Positions 10,253 through 18,876 of a DNA stretch of 64,000 nucleotides are shown piece after piece; positions within the stretch are counted from its first letter, which is position 1, and the number at the start of each line of letters is the position of its first letter. A program made the translations under genes and the position numbers. The stretch is from assembly GCA_023412805.1 (NCBI GenBank), contig JAEZRM010000095.1:54109-118108 (forward strand), given 5' to 3'. The notes under the pieces were generated by a model. It had not been told where the DNA came from and made no database searches. It saw only the letters and a program-made list of their open reading frames with translations. Origin of the DNA: Pseudomonadota bacterium (GTDB lineage Bacteria > Pseudomonadota > Alphaproteobacteria > Rhizobiales > Hyphomicrobiaceae).

Positions 10253-11056
10253 ATGTCTCCCCACGACATGATCATGCCATTGGCACGAACGGATGAGCTG
10301 CCGGTGGTCCGCACAATCAGCTTCGACGACTTACGGCAAGCGCTGGCGCAAGGCTTTGCGGACTTCAAGGCGATGCCGACGCATGTCGTCTTTCTCAGCC
10401 TGATCTATCCGATTGTCGGCGTGAGCCTCTGGGCAGCCACCGCCGGTCTCAATCTGTTGGCGTTGCTCTATCCCCTCGCGACCGGCTTTGCCTTGCTCGG
10501 TCCATTCGCCGCGATCGGTCTCTATGAACTGAGCAGGCGCCGCGAGATGCATCTCGATACGTCGTGGCGGCATGCCTTCGACGTCGTGTACTCGCCGTCG
10601 TTCGGACCGATACTGATGCTCGGCCTGTTGCTTGTTATTGTCTTCCTGGTGTGGATCGCAGTCGCGCATGGGATATTCGTGGCGAACTTCGGCGATCATG
10701 AACCTGAAACGCTGGGTGCCTTCATCTCCGAAGTGCTCACCACGAAGGCCGGCCATAATCTGTTCATGGTCGGCAACGTCGTCGGCGCTGCGTTCGCGCT
10801 GTTCGTGTTCGTGATCAGCGTCGTTTCGTTCCCGCTGTTGCTGGAGCGGAACGTCGGGGTCGCGGTTGCGGTGACGACATCGCTCAAGGCGGTTGCTGTC
10901 AATCCGCTTGTGATGATGAGCTGGGCCGTGACGATCGCGGGTGGATTGCTGATCGGCTCGCTGCCCCTGCTGGTGGGATTGGCCGTCGTCATGCCCATTC
11001 TGGGGCATGCGAGTTGGCATCTCTATCGGCGGGTCGTCGAACCGAGGGAATTCTGA
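10253..11056 (+). CDS. DUF2189 integral membrane protein
   Basis: AGGAGG RBS before the ATG. ISFDDLRQALAQGFADFKAMPTHVVFLSLIYPIVG... multi-TM architecture typical of DUF2189. Confidence 0.7.
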   Translation: MSPHDMIMPLARTDELPVVRTISFDDLRQALAQGFADFKAMPTHVVFLSLIYPIVGVSLWAATAGLNLLALLYPLATGFALLGPFAAIGLYELSRRREMHLDTSWRHAFDVVYSPSFGPILMLGLLLVIVFLVWIAVAHGIFVANFGDHEPETLGAFISEVLTTKAGHNLFMVGNVVGAAFALFVFVISVVSFPLLLERNVGVAVAVTTSLKAVAVNPLVMMSWAVTIAGGLLIGSLPLLVGLAVVMPILGHASWHLYRRVVEPREF

Positions 11057-11107
11057 GTATTGCGGGAGTTAGAGCTGGCCGCCCAGTCTAGGGCGCGCGG
11101 TCTCGAA

Positions 11108-11192
11108 CGAACCACGATCAGTTCTCTGCGAGGCCATTGAAAACAATGGCGCGAGCGACGGGACTTGAACCCGCGGCCTCCGACGTGAAAGG
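11108..11192 (-). repeat. Duplicated 3' half of tRNA-Asp plus downstream flank (att-like island boundary, distal copy)
   Basis: 11125-11182 is identical (58/58) to 41836-41893. Identity continues with 2 mismatches to 11192/41903 and in degenerate form back to 11108/41819. It covers the tRNA 3' end (CCA, T-arm, 3' anticodon stem) plus 22 bp downstream. The offset between copies is exactly 30,711 bp. Confidence 0.85.
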
Positions 11193-11439
11193 ACATAATT
11201 ATGCAAACAATATCAAAGCCATTAGGAACGGATATTCAGGCGCAAAGGCATCTAACGCGCCCAAAGTTGCCGAGCCCACATCTCCACCTAGACGCCACAT
11301 CTTCACGCGTCAGGAGCTGTACGACCTTGTGTGGTCAGTGCCCATGATGAAGCTCGCGGTTCGGTTTGGCGTTTCCGGAAGAGGGTTGGCCAAAATCTGC
11401 GAACGGGCATCTGTGCCGTCGGCATCGCGCACTTCGTAA
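11185..11439 (+). pseudogene. Truncated remnant of a conserved hypothetical gene (ELYxLVWSxPM family)
   Basis: ...PRRHIFTRQELYDLVWSVPMMKLAVRFGVSGRGLAKICERASVP then a stop. Full-length relatives, as I remember them, continue with IPxPPRGYWAK and several hundred more residues. The ORF-track start at 11137 lies inside the tRNA fragment and is not credible. Confidence 0.35.
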
Positions 11440-11827
11440 GTGGGTTTCCCTCGTCGAGTTTCTGCGATCTGCGACCATCTGAGTGGAATTTCCTCGACCA
11501 GATCTGCGCTGCCGAACCGCGTTGGCTCCCAGGCTTCAACCACCCTCTTTGTCTTCAGGCCCAGATGGGCCGGTTCCGTCGCCATCGCTCCCGCCGTAGC
11601 CATCGCTCAGCCCTTCGCCGCCCTGACCTTTGCGACCTGGATCCCAGCTTCGATTTCTGGCCGGTTTCTCATCGGCCCCGCGCGATCCGCTTTCCCGATC
11701 AGGCTTCTGAGGCTTACTTGGGGCTCGCGTCATTCAAGACCTCTCTTGATCGATCAACTGGCACCGAAAAGCGTTAGCCGCCGCCACGTGAGCAATGGCT
11801 TGCTGCGTTTTCAAGAACGGTGCTCGC

Positions 11828-12190
11828 TTACGCCCAGTAAGGATGTGCGCGGTAATAGTCGTGGATTTGCTGCTCAGCCGCACGATCACGGAAAGGCTGA
11901 TCACCGGCGGCGAACGTCGGTGCGCCTTCGAGCTGCTCCCGTGTGAGGCCTACGACATAGCCACCCTGATTGGTGTCGTACTTCAACGTACCCCAGGGAA
12001 GCGGATGATACTGCTCGCCAATGCCAAGAAGGCCGCCGAACGACATCACCGCATAGGCTGTGCGGCCGGACCTCTTGTCGATCATCACATCGTAGATTTC
12101 GCCGAGCGTTTCGCCCGCAGTGTTGTAGACGTTGGTGCCGGTGACCTTGCCGGCGGAGATGAGCGAGGCATTCTCATCAAGGGTGATCAT
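11828..12190 (-). CDS. PRC-barrel domain protein
   Basis: LISAGKVTGTNVYNTAGETLGEIYDVMIDKRSGRTAYAVMSFGGLLGIGEQYHPLPWGTLKYD is a typical PRC barrel. A perfect EcfG-type promoter lies 37 nt upstream. Confidence 0.85.
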   Translation of the reverse strand: MITLDENASLISAGKVTGTNVYNTAGETLGEIYDVMIDKRSGRTAYAVMSFGGLLGIGEQYHPLPWGTLKYDTNQGGYVVGLTREQLEGAPTFAAGDQPFRDRAAEQQIHDYYRAHPYWA

Positions 12191-12226
12191 GGCGGAAACT
12201 CCAGGTTGTAGACAGACTACCTGTTG

Positions 12227-12251
12227 AACGTGTCGCGACCGCCAGCGTTCC
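12227..12251 (-). promoter_or_regulatory. sigma-EcfG-type promoter, GGAAC-N16-CGTT (perfect)
   Basis: Minus strand GGAACgctggcggtcgcgacaCGTT. The -10 element lies 37 nt upstream of the PRC-barrel ATG. Confidence 0.65.
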
Positions 12252-12354
12252 GCGATAGTTCGGCCCTTCTGCTAGCGATCTCGCATCGAGGTCGATTATT
12301 CGCTAACGCCGTCACGCGCTGGTTATGTCGAGGAAGCGAGAGATCGCGCGGCGG

Positions 12355-13464
12355 CTAGTTGGTCTGCCAGCTGCGGTATCTGGGATCATGGCAGTCATCG
12401 CGAAACTCGCGCAGTAGAAGATGATGATGCGCGGATAGCGCGCAAACGGGATCGGTGTTGACCGCGTCACCTGTGAGCGCCAGCGCCTGACAGCGGCAGC
12501 CGCCGAAGTCGATCTCCCTCTGCGGACAAGATCTGCAAGGTTCTTTCATCCATGACGTGCCGCGATAGGCCTGAAACGCTGATCCGCTGAACCAGGCATC
12601 ATGTAGGGAGTGATCGCGGACATTCTCGAATTTGAGGCCGGCTATCGATTGCGCACCATGGCACGGCAAGATCATTCCTGAAGGCGTCACGACCATGAAC
12701 CGTCGCCCCCATCCACCCATACAGGGCTTGGGCTGCACTGCGTAGTAATCCGGCACGACGAAGTCGATTGCGAGAATGCCACGCAGACGTTCGCGAGCAG
12801 CTGAGACAAGCTCCACTGACCGCTCCACCTGCTCCCGCGTCGGCAAGAGCGTTGCGCGGTTGCGGAGCGCCCAGCCAAGATACTGGACATGTGCCACCTC
12901 GAGCCTTTCGGCACCAACTTCAACTGCAAGTTCGATCATGGCCGGTAAGCGAGCGAGGTTGAGGCGATGAACCGGCGCGTTGATCGTGAGAGCCAGCCCT
13001 GCCTCGCGCACAATCCTCGCAGTCGCGATCTTGCGTTCGAGGCCTCGGCGGTACTTTGTTACGACCGCAGTGCCTTCCTCCGTAGTATCCTGCAGCGAGA
13101 TCTGCACATGATCCAGCCCCGCCTCGGCAAGTGCGCTGATGCGTTCACGTCCAAGAGAGACGCCAGCCGTTATGAGATTGGTGTAGAGGCCGGCTCGCAT
13201 TGCCCCGGCAACGAGCTGGACGATGTCCTTGCGCGCAGTAGGCTCTCCGCCCGACAGGTGGAGCTGCAGTACACCGAGTTTGGCGGCTTGCTGGAATACA
13301 TCCAGCCAAAGCTCGGTTGGAAGTTCTGCGCTCGCACGTTCGAGCTCCAATGGATTGGAGCAATAGAGGCATTGCAGCGGGCAACGATGGGTCAGCTCCG
13401 CGAGAAGTCCCACAGGCCGGCCGACGGCCGAGACGCGATTGGCGTGTGGGCTGCAATCGTTCAT
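12355..13464 (-). CDS. pqqE: PQQ biosynthesis radical SAM/SPASM enzyme PqqE
   Basis: LLAELTHRCPLQCLYCSNP (CxxxCxxC) plus a C-terminal SPASM Cys cluster. Last gene of the pqq operon; its ATG overlaps the pqqD stop (ATGA). Confidence 0.93.
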   Translation of the reverse strand: MNDCSPHANRVSAVGRPVGLLAELTHRCPLQCLYCSNPLELERASAELPTELWLDVFQQAAKLGVLQLHLSGGEPTARKDIVQLVAGAMRAGLYTNLITAGVSLGRERISALAEAGLDHVQISLQDTTEEGTAVVTKYRRGLERKIATARIVREAGLALTINAPVHRLNLARLPAMIELAVEVGAERLEVAHVQYLGWALRNRATLLPTREQVERSVELVSAARERLRGILAIDFVVPDYYAVQPKPCMGGWGRRFMVVTPSGMILPCHGAQSIAGLKFENVRDHSLHDAWFSGSAFQAYRGTSWMKEPCRSCPQREIDFGGCRCQALALTGDAVNTDPVCALSAHHHLLLREFRDDCHDPRYRSWQTN

Positions 13465-13784
13465 GGCTTCAATACACCGGCATCTGCGAGCCCTTGCAGG
13501 ACCGGCACTATGTCGCCGGCGATCGTGCCAGCTTCTGCATCATAGGTTTCCGCAAGCTGCGCGGCGATGTCGGCAACCGTGCGTTGACCATCGCATAGGC
13601 GAATTAGATCTGATGCCCACTCGTTCGGCGTCAAGATGCGCTCAGGCGCCAAGACCACCCAGCCGCCTCGAACGGGATCCGGCCGAAATCGAACATGAGG
13701 GCGCAATGCCGGGCGACTATCGAGGTCAATCGGCGCTATGGCGTCGCCGTTGATGTGCTTATTCATGCCGAGCTCCTGCTTCAA
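13461..13784 (-). CDS. pqqD: PQQ biosynthesis peptide chaperone PqqD
   Basis: About 100 aa located between pqqC and pqqE. LRPHVRFRPDPVRGGWVVLAPERILTPNEWASDLIRLCDGQRTVADIAAQL is a typical PqqD. Start could be 13766. Confidence 0.88.
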   Translation of the reverse strand: MKQELGMNKHINGDAIAPIDLDSRPALRPHVRFRPDPVRGGWVVLAPERILTPNEWASDLIRLCDGQRTVADIAAQLAETYDAEAGTIAGDIVPVLQGLADAGVLKP

Positions 13785-14499
13785 AAGCGCCCGGTGGTGG
13801 AATAGCTGGCGTCACATAGGCATGATGCAAGGCGTCGAGCTGCGCCCACAGTACGTTGCACTTGAAACGTACCGCCTCAACGCAGGCGTTCTGCGCGTCG
13901 AGGGAGGTGGCATTCTCCTTCACATAAGACAAAGCGAAATCTGCATCGCGATTGGCCTGCGATAGGCGGCGTCGGAAATAGGTGAGGACACGTTCGTCGA
14001 TGAAGTCGTAGTGCTCCAACATGCCCGCAATGCGCTGCTCGTGAATCGCGGGTGCAAACAATTCGGTCAATGACGACGCCACGGCCTCCACCAGCGAGCG
14101 CTCTCTGACAAACCTGACATAAGCCTCAACCGCGAAGCGCGTTGCGGGAAGTGCGCCGACCATAGATGTTACATAGGTGCGCTCGAGACCAAGTCCGTCT
14201 GTCAGGCGCAACCAGCGCTCAATGCCGCCTTCATCTTCGCCTATACCATCGTGATCGACGATCCGGCGCAGCCATTCGCGCCGCAGATACTGGTCACTTG
14301 TGCGGCTCATCAGCGCCGCATCCTTTCTTGGAACTGCTGCCTGATAGCAGTATCGGTTCAGCGCCCAAGCCTGCACTTGCTGCTTGTTGAGCTTGCCGCC
14401 ATGAAGGAGCCTATGGAACGGGTGCTTGTCGTGATACCGCTCGCGACCAACCTCCCGGATGACATCCTCGAACGCAGCCGGCGACATGGCTGGCTTCAT
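13759..14499 (-). CDS. pqqC: Pyrroloquinoline-quinone synthase PqqC
   Basis: RYHDKHPFHRLLHGGKLNKQQVQAWALNRYCYQAAVPRKDAALM is the conserved PqqC N-terminus. 246 aa. Confidence 0.93.
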   Translation of the reverse strand: MKPAMSPAAFEDVIREVGRERYHDKHPFHRLLHGGKLNKQQVQAWALNRYCYQAAVPRKDAALMSRTSDQYLRREWLRRIVDHDGIGEDEGGIERWLRLTDGLGLERTYVTSMVGALPATRFAVEAYVRFVRERSLVEAVASSLTELFAPAIHEQRIAGMLEHYDFIDERVLTYFRRRLSQANRDADFALSYVKENATSLDAQNACVEAVRFKCNVLWAQLDALHHAYVTPAIPPPGAFEAGARHE

Positions 14500-15410
14500 A
14501 TCCTCATCTCCATGCCGTCATGGGCGACTTCCCATCCTGCCTCCGCAATCGCCACTCGTTCCTGGCCGTCCTCTCTCAGCACCGGGTTCGAATTGTTGAG
14601 ATGGAGGAAGATGCGCCGGCCAACCTTTAAGCTCCGCAGGCGTGCGATGGAGCCTTCAGGGCCGCTCATGGAAACATGCCCCATCATGGCACCTGTCTTC
14701 TGTGAGAGACCCAGATCGATGAGTTCGCGATCTCGATAGAGCGTCCCATCGAAGAGTATCACGTCAACGCCGTCCAAGACACCGAGGACATCTTCTGTAA
14801 TTCGGGCGCAGCACGGCACATATGCGACGCTCCGATTGCTCTTGGCATCGCGAATGACGAGAGCAATTGAGCTCCCCTTGTCCAGCGAGCGCTCTGATCG
14901 ACGTTGAAGCGGCAACGGCACCTTGCCGGGCATCGGCTGCGGCGTAATTTCAATCGAAGCGCCATCGTGCGGCGAGGATGGCGATCCGAGGTGCATTTCT
15001 CTGCGGTGAACGACGGAACGCGACAACACGTTGAAGATTTCGTTGGTAGCGAGTGCCGCGTGAACAAACGCCGTTGCGTAAAGCCGAAATTCCTGCCCTT
15101 CACGCAGATTGAGGAGGCCACCCACTTGGTCGACTTCGAAGCCTGTGACTGCGACAGCCTTGATTGGACTCGACCTTGCGGCATCCTTCACCCTCGGCTG
15201 AAGCACAGGCGCAGCGGCGATCTGAGCCCGGAGGTCAGGCGTCGCATCTAGCAGGACCCAGTCATGCCCATTGCCAGATACGGCGATCGACGTCTGAGTG
15301 CGCGCAATGAATTTGTGATCACCTGAGCGGACGGCAGCACAATTCGCGCAGTTACAGTTCCACTGCGGAAAGCCGCCGCCCGCTGCGGAGCCGAGGATGC
15401 GGACAATCAT
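14496..15410 (-). CDS. pqqB: PQQ biosynthesis protein PqqB (MBL fold)
   Basis: MIVRILGSAAGGGFPQWNCNCANCAAVR is the hallmark PqqB N-terminus. 304 aa. Confidence 0.93.
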   Translation of the reverse strand: MIVRILGSAAGGGFPQWNCNCANCAAVRSGDHKFIARTQTSIAVSGNGHDWVLLDATPDLRAQIAAAPVLQPRVKDAARSSPIKAVAVTGFEVDQVGGLLNLREGQEFRLYATAFVHAALATNEIFNVLSRSVVHRREMHLGSPSSPHDGASIEITPQPMPGKVPLPLQRRSERSLDKGSSIALVIRDAKSNRSVAYVPCCARITEDVLGVLDGVDVILFDGTLYRDRELIDLGLSQKTGAMMGHVSMSGPEGSIARLRSLKVGRRIFLHLNNSNPVLREDGQERVAIAEAGWEVAHDGMEMRI

Positions 15411-15433
15411 TCAGTGTCCATCATCAGATGGCG

Positions 15434-15544
15434 CCTATTTGCGTAGCGTGGCGCTGGCGTAGCTGGTCACCTCCATGCCAGCCTGCTCGTCCTGGATGAT
15501 CGGCTTGCTCCAGGTGCGCTTCTTCTGCTTTGCGTTCTTCGTCA
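15434..15544 (-). CDS. pqqA: PQQ precursor peptide PqqA (36 aa; below ORF-track cutoff)
   Basis: Hand translation gives MTKNAKQKKRTWSKPIIQDEQAGMEVTSYASATLRK*. It contains the W-x-K-P and E-V-T-S-Y (Glu-X3-Tyr) PqqA signature. GGAAAGGAG RBS lies 5 nt upstream of the ATG, and the gene sits directly upstream of pqqB. Confidence 0.85.
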
Positions 15545-15575
15545 TCAAACTCTCCTTTCCGGGTTAGTGACGACT

Positions 15576-16964
15576 TCATTGAACGGTTTTGGGAGGCGTC
15601 ACAGGCGCATCGCGTTGGCCGTTCAGAGATTGCTGCCGCGTTGGTCCAGCAGGGCCTGTGACACGCCATATGGTGTCGCCGGCGTCGTCTGCCACAAGAA
15701 CCGCACCACTTCTATCGACGGCTACACCAACTGGGCGGCCGAAAACTTCTTTGCTGCCGTCATCATTCACGAAGCCTGCGAGCAAATCGATCGGCGGACC
15801 GTTCGGCTTTCCGTTCTCGAAGGGCACGAATACGACTTTGTAACCGCTGTAATTGCTACGATTCCATGAGCCGTGCTGGCCGATGATCATGCCACGTCGG
15901 AAAGGTTCTGGCAGAGCCGTCCCTTCATAGTAGGCGAGACCGAGCGCCGAAGTATGAGCACCGAGTGCATAGTCGGGCGTGATCGAGCGCGCGACGAGGT
16001 CGGGACGTTGCGGCTCGACACGCTGGTCGACAATCTTGCCCCAATAGCTGTACGGCCAGCCGTAAAACCCGCCATCGACGACTGAGGTCAAATAGTCGGG
16101 GGGCGTGTCATCGCCAATCTCGTCGCGCTCGTTGACTACGGTCCAAAGTGAGCCAGTTGTGGGCTCAAATGCCATGCCATTGGCGTTCCGAAGTCCGGAC
16201 GCAAATACGCGCACGCGCTCGGTGGCGACGTCATATTCCATGATCGTGCCACGGTCGACCTCAACGCCCATGCCTTTCTCGCCGATATTGCTGCCAGAGC
16301 CGACCGTAATGTAGAGCTTCGAGCCGTCGGGGCTTGCGATCAATGTCCGCGTCCAGTGGTGGCCGACGGGCAAGTCGACGACCTTGGTACCCTCGCCTGC
16401 GACGCGCATAACTCCGTCCTGGTAGGTGTACCTGACGACGCTATCGGTGTTCGCCACGTAAAACTGATCGCCGATGAGCGCCATCCCAAACGGCTGACGC
16501 AGGTTCTCGAGAAAAGTCTCACGCACTTCGGCCACGCCATCGCCGTCCGCATCTCTCAGGAGCGTGATGCGATTGGCATTCTCCGTGATGGAGCGTGCGC
16601 GACGCATGGCCCAATTTTGCGCAATCGCGCGGGGGTTCCAAGAGTCGGCGGGAAGACTGGCAGCTTCCGCCACCAGCACATCACCGTTGGGCAGAATGTG
16701 GATCCAGCGAGGATGTTTCAAATCCTTCGCGAACGCGGATACCTCCGCGCCGCCTGCAGGCCTGGGCTTGGTACCTTCGGGCCATGGGTTTACGCGAGCC
16801 CAATTGAGTGTGGGCAACCACGATTGCTTGGGCTGCGGCAGTTCCGGCTTGGGCCCATAGCCGGGAGTACCATTCGAGGAATACTGAGCAGATGCTGGAG
16901 CGATTGCCATGGCGAGCATTGCGCTGATGAGACACACTCCGACAGTTTGGATAGACGTTGGCAT
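15576..16964 (-). CDS. PQQ-dependent sugar (sorbosone/aldose) dehydrogenase, periplasmic
   Basis: Signal peptide MPTSIQTVGVCLISAMLAMAIAPASA. Beta-propeller YliI/sorbosone-dehydrogenase-like sequence (GYGWPYSYWG..., GDDTPPDYL). The stop is 31 nt upstream of pqqA, so co-transcription is probable. Confidence 0.8.
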   Translation of the reverse strand: MPTSIQTVGVCLISAMLAMAIAPASAQYSSNGTPGYGPKPELPQPKQSWLPTLNWARVNPWPEGTKPRPAGGAEVSAFAKDLKHPRWIHILPNGDVLVAEAASLPADSWNPRAIAQNWAMRRARSITENANRITLLRDADGDGVAEVRETFLENLRQPFGMALIGDQFYVANTDSVVRYTYQDGVMRVAGEGTKVVDLPVGHHWTRTLIASPDGSKLYITVGSGSNIGEKGMGVEVDRGTIMEYDVATERVRVFASGLRNANGMAFEPTTGSLWTVVNERDEIGDDTPPDYLTSVVDGGFYGWPYSYWGKIVDQRVEPQRPDLVARSITPDYALGAHTSALGLAYYEGTALPEPFRRGMIIGQHGSWNRSNYSGYKVVFVPFENGKPNGPPIDLLAGFVNDDGSKEVFGRPVGVAVDRSGAVLVADDAGDTIWRVTGPAGPTRQQSLNGQRDAPVTPPKTVQ

Positions 16965-17009
16965 TTGTCTCTCCGGATGCCGTTACTCTTCCGGGTCTAC
17001 TGATTGCGT

Positions 17010-17034
17010 AACAGCAAACGAGCGCAGCCGTTCC
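17010..17034 (-). promoter_or_regulatory. sigma-EcfG-type promoter, GGAAC-N16-TGTT
   Basis: Minus strand GGAACggctgcgctcgtttgcTGTT. The -10 element is 46 nt upstream of the sugar dehydrogenase ATG (first gene of the sdh-pqqABCDE unit). Confidence 0.45.
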
Positions 17035-17040
17035 ATTCAC

Positions 17041-17066
17041 GGAACGCCTCATCCGTGGGCCACGTT
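17041..17066 (+). promoter_or_regulatory. sigma-EcfG-type promoter, GGAAC-N17-CGTT (perfect), back-to-back with the previous one
   Basis: Plus strand GGAACgcctcatccgtgggccaCGTT. It is 185 nt upstream of the GSP26-like ATG, implying a long leader. Confidence 0.45.
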
Positions 17067-17194
17067 CTTCAATCGAGCTGATTGTACCCACCGACTGATC
17101 CTGAAGGCTCCGCCGCTGAAGCTCGTGGAGAACGGCAAGTTACTTCCCTGCAATCTTCGCTCTGAAGCCGGAACCTGAGACGGTCATTCGGAGA

Positions 17195-17219
17195 GGAACT
17201 TGCGCTGATCGCCTTGGTT
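17195..17219 (+). promoter_or_regulatory. sigma-EcfG-like promoter, GGAAC-N16-GGTT
   Basis: GGAACttgcgctgatcgccttGGTT. The -10 element is 32 nt upstream of ATG 17251, with one mismatch in the -10. Confidence 0.4.
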
Positions 17220-17250
17220 GTCCTTCAAAAGGCAACACAGGAGTAGATCG

Positions 17251-17736
17251 ATGCCGACACCGCAGGAGCTCGAAGCAAAATTCTGGAAATCTCTTCAGTC
17301 CGATATGACCATGATGCTCGGTCTCGACGGCTTGGAGGATGGGCACGTGCGCCCCATGACCGCTCAGGTCGAAGGCGCGCGCGGCCCGATCTGGTTCTTC
17401 TCGAGCAAGGACAATGCGTTGGTCGAGAAGCTACCTCAAGGCGACCGCGCTATCGCGACCTTTACTTCGAAGGGCCATGACCTCTTCGCTACTTTGCACG
17501 GTAAGCTCAGCCTCGACAACAATCCAGCCACAATAGACAGGTTGTGGAACCGGTACGTCGCCGCATGGTTCGAAGGCGGCAAGTCGGATCCGAAGCTGGC
17601 TCTTCTCCGCCTCGATCCCGAGCGCGCCGAAATATGGTTGGATGCATCGAGCATTGTTGCGGGTATCAAACTGCTTCTCGGTGCCGATCCGAAGGAACAG
17701 TACAAGGAGAACGTGGCCAAGGTGGAGCTTCGCTAA
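17251..17736 (+). CDS. General stress protein 26-like, pyridoxamine 5'-phosphate oxidase family
   Basis: Start at ATG 17251 (AGGAG RBS). MPTPQELEAKFWKSLQSDMTMMLGL...RPMTAQVEGARGPIWFFSSKDNALV...IDRLWNRYVAAWFEGGKSDPKLALLRLDPERAEIW matches the GSP26 pattern. Confidence 0.85.
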   Translation: MPTPQELEAKFWKSLQSDMTMMLGLDGLEDGHVRPMTAQVEGARGPIWFFSSKDNALVEKLPQGDRAIATFTSKGHDLFATLHGKLSLDNNPATIDRLWNRYVAAWFEGGKSDPKLALLRLDPERAEIWLDASSIVAGIKLLLGADPKEQYKENVAKVELR

Positions 17737-17781
17737 CTCGTGAGCTCGTCATTCATTCGGCTCAGAGCCGCTAGACGATTG

Positions 17782-17813
17782 TACCGGCGGCGAGATGGGT
17801 CTCGCCGCCGGTA
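17782..17813. terminator. Strong GC hairpin between convergent genes (no U-tract)
   Basis: taccggcggcgaga-tggg-tctcgccgccggta, a 14-bp perfect stem. It lies between the GSP26-like stop (17736) and the stop of the membrane protein gene (17834). Confidence 0.45.
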
Positions 17814-17833
17814 TGAACTTAGTAGACCACGGG

Positions 17834-18733
17834 CTACCAAAAGCGCGCGGCACCAAAGATGGACGGGTAGTGGCGCGTGCTCTGGTGCTCACGGCCCAAG
17901 CCTGCTGCCCACGTCGCGGCCACAAGCCCCATAAGCGATGCAGCGGCGGCAAGAAAGCCGGCAATGACCGCCTGCTTACGAGCGGTATCTGCCGCCTCTC
18001 GGACGCGCCGCTCCGCCGCTTCTTTCATGCCCTGCGCGCGAACGTACGTTTCATCTACGCGGCCTTGCGCATCCGCTTCGGACAAACCCGTGTGCCTGGA
18101 GACGATCTGCGCCAGATAAGCGCGATCACCACTATTGAGTGATCCCTCGGCCAAGCCGACCACGAAGATGCGACCGGCTTCCGCTATGACTGCAGGGTCC
18201 GGCCTGCTTTGTGTGGGAGGCGCAGGTGTCGCGCCCGGATCTGCGGCTTGCGCGCGGAATAGAGCATCGGCGACGTACGAGACATTCTCGGCAGATACAT
18301 TCGACGCCGCCTGCGCGACTCCCGAAGCAGCCTGGCCTGCGACTTCCGCTGTCGAACGAACGGCCGAACTCGCCGCGAGGGCCAGGAAGATCAATCCCAC
18401 TGCCGTTCCAAGTGCCCACACTAAGAAGCCGGTCGAACCCGCCCGGAACTGCGCCTCTTCAGCATCAAGATCGGGAACCTCCGACAACCGCCCAGCAAGA
18501 TAGCCGCCGGCGGCAAAGGCCCAGATGTGGACCATCACCATCCATATTGCCGCAGCAATCGCGAGGGTCATCACCGAGAGGCCGGAATTGCGATGGGCCG
18601 ATGTCAACGACAGGCCGATCGCTGTTCCAAAGGCCGTAAGAAGTCCGGAAATCGCAACCGCGGCAACCGCGCCCGCGATGATCGCCTTCCAATCCACACC
18701 GCTCACCCTGATGGGTGTCACCACACTTGCCAT
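17834..18733 (-). CDS. Hypothetical membrane protein (4 N-terminal TM plus Ala-rich helical C-terminal region and terminal TM)
   Basis: Start set at ATG 18731-18733 (GAGGTGAG RBS): MASVVTPIRVSGVDWKAIIAGAVAAVAISGLL... No family recognised. Confidence 0.6.
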   Translation of the reverse strand: MASVVTPIRVSGVDWKAIIAGAVAAVAISGLLTAFGTAIGLSLTSAHRNSGLSVMTLAIAAAIWMVMVHIWAFAAGGYLAGRLSEVPDLDAEEAQFRAGSTGFLVWALGTAVGLIFLALAASSAVRSTAEVAGQAASGVAQAASNVSAENVSYVADALFRAQAADPGATPAPPTQSRPDPAVIAEAGRIFVVGLAEGSLNSGDRAYLAQIVSRHTGLSEADAQGRVDETYVRAQGMKEAAERRVREAADTARKQAVIAGFLAAAASLMGLVAATWAAGLGREHQSTRHYPSIFGAARFW

Positions 18734-18738
18734 GACAC

Positions 18739-18813
18739 TCACCTCAAACCGAGAACGGAGAGGATAGCCATGACGACGACAATCAGACCGACAAGGTAAA
18801 TTATTCCGTCCAT
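18739..18813 (-). CDS. Candidate 24-aa single-TM micro-protein
   Basis: MDGIIYLVGLIVVVMAILSVLGLR*. GGAG lies 10 nt upstream, and the stop is 5 nt before the next gene's ATG. It lies downstream of the minus-strand EcfG-type site. Alternative in-frame start at 18828. Confidence 0.4.
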   Translation of the reverse strand: MDGIIYLVGLIVVVMAILSVLGLR

Positions 18814-18876
18814 AGCGCGCTGCTCCATGTGTAGCTCGGCCGAACCGTGATTTTCCATGCACGGTCCGTTGCCGAC

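Noticed and set aside
11193-11830. Search for an integrase or excisionase next to the island boundaries (also 41287-41857)
   Set aside because: No frame shows tyrosine-recombinase (R..HxxR..Y) or serine-recombinase motifs by eye. ORFs 11310..11603 and 11536..11733 (minus) and 41539..42003 (plus) have low-complexity composition. These were recorded as absence of evidence only.
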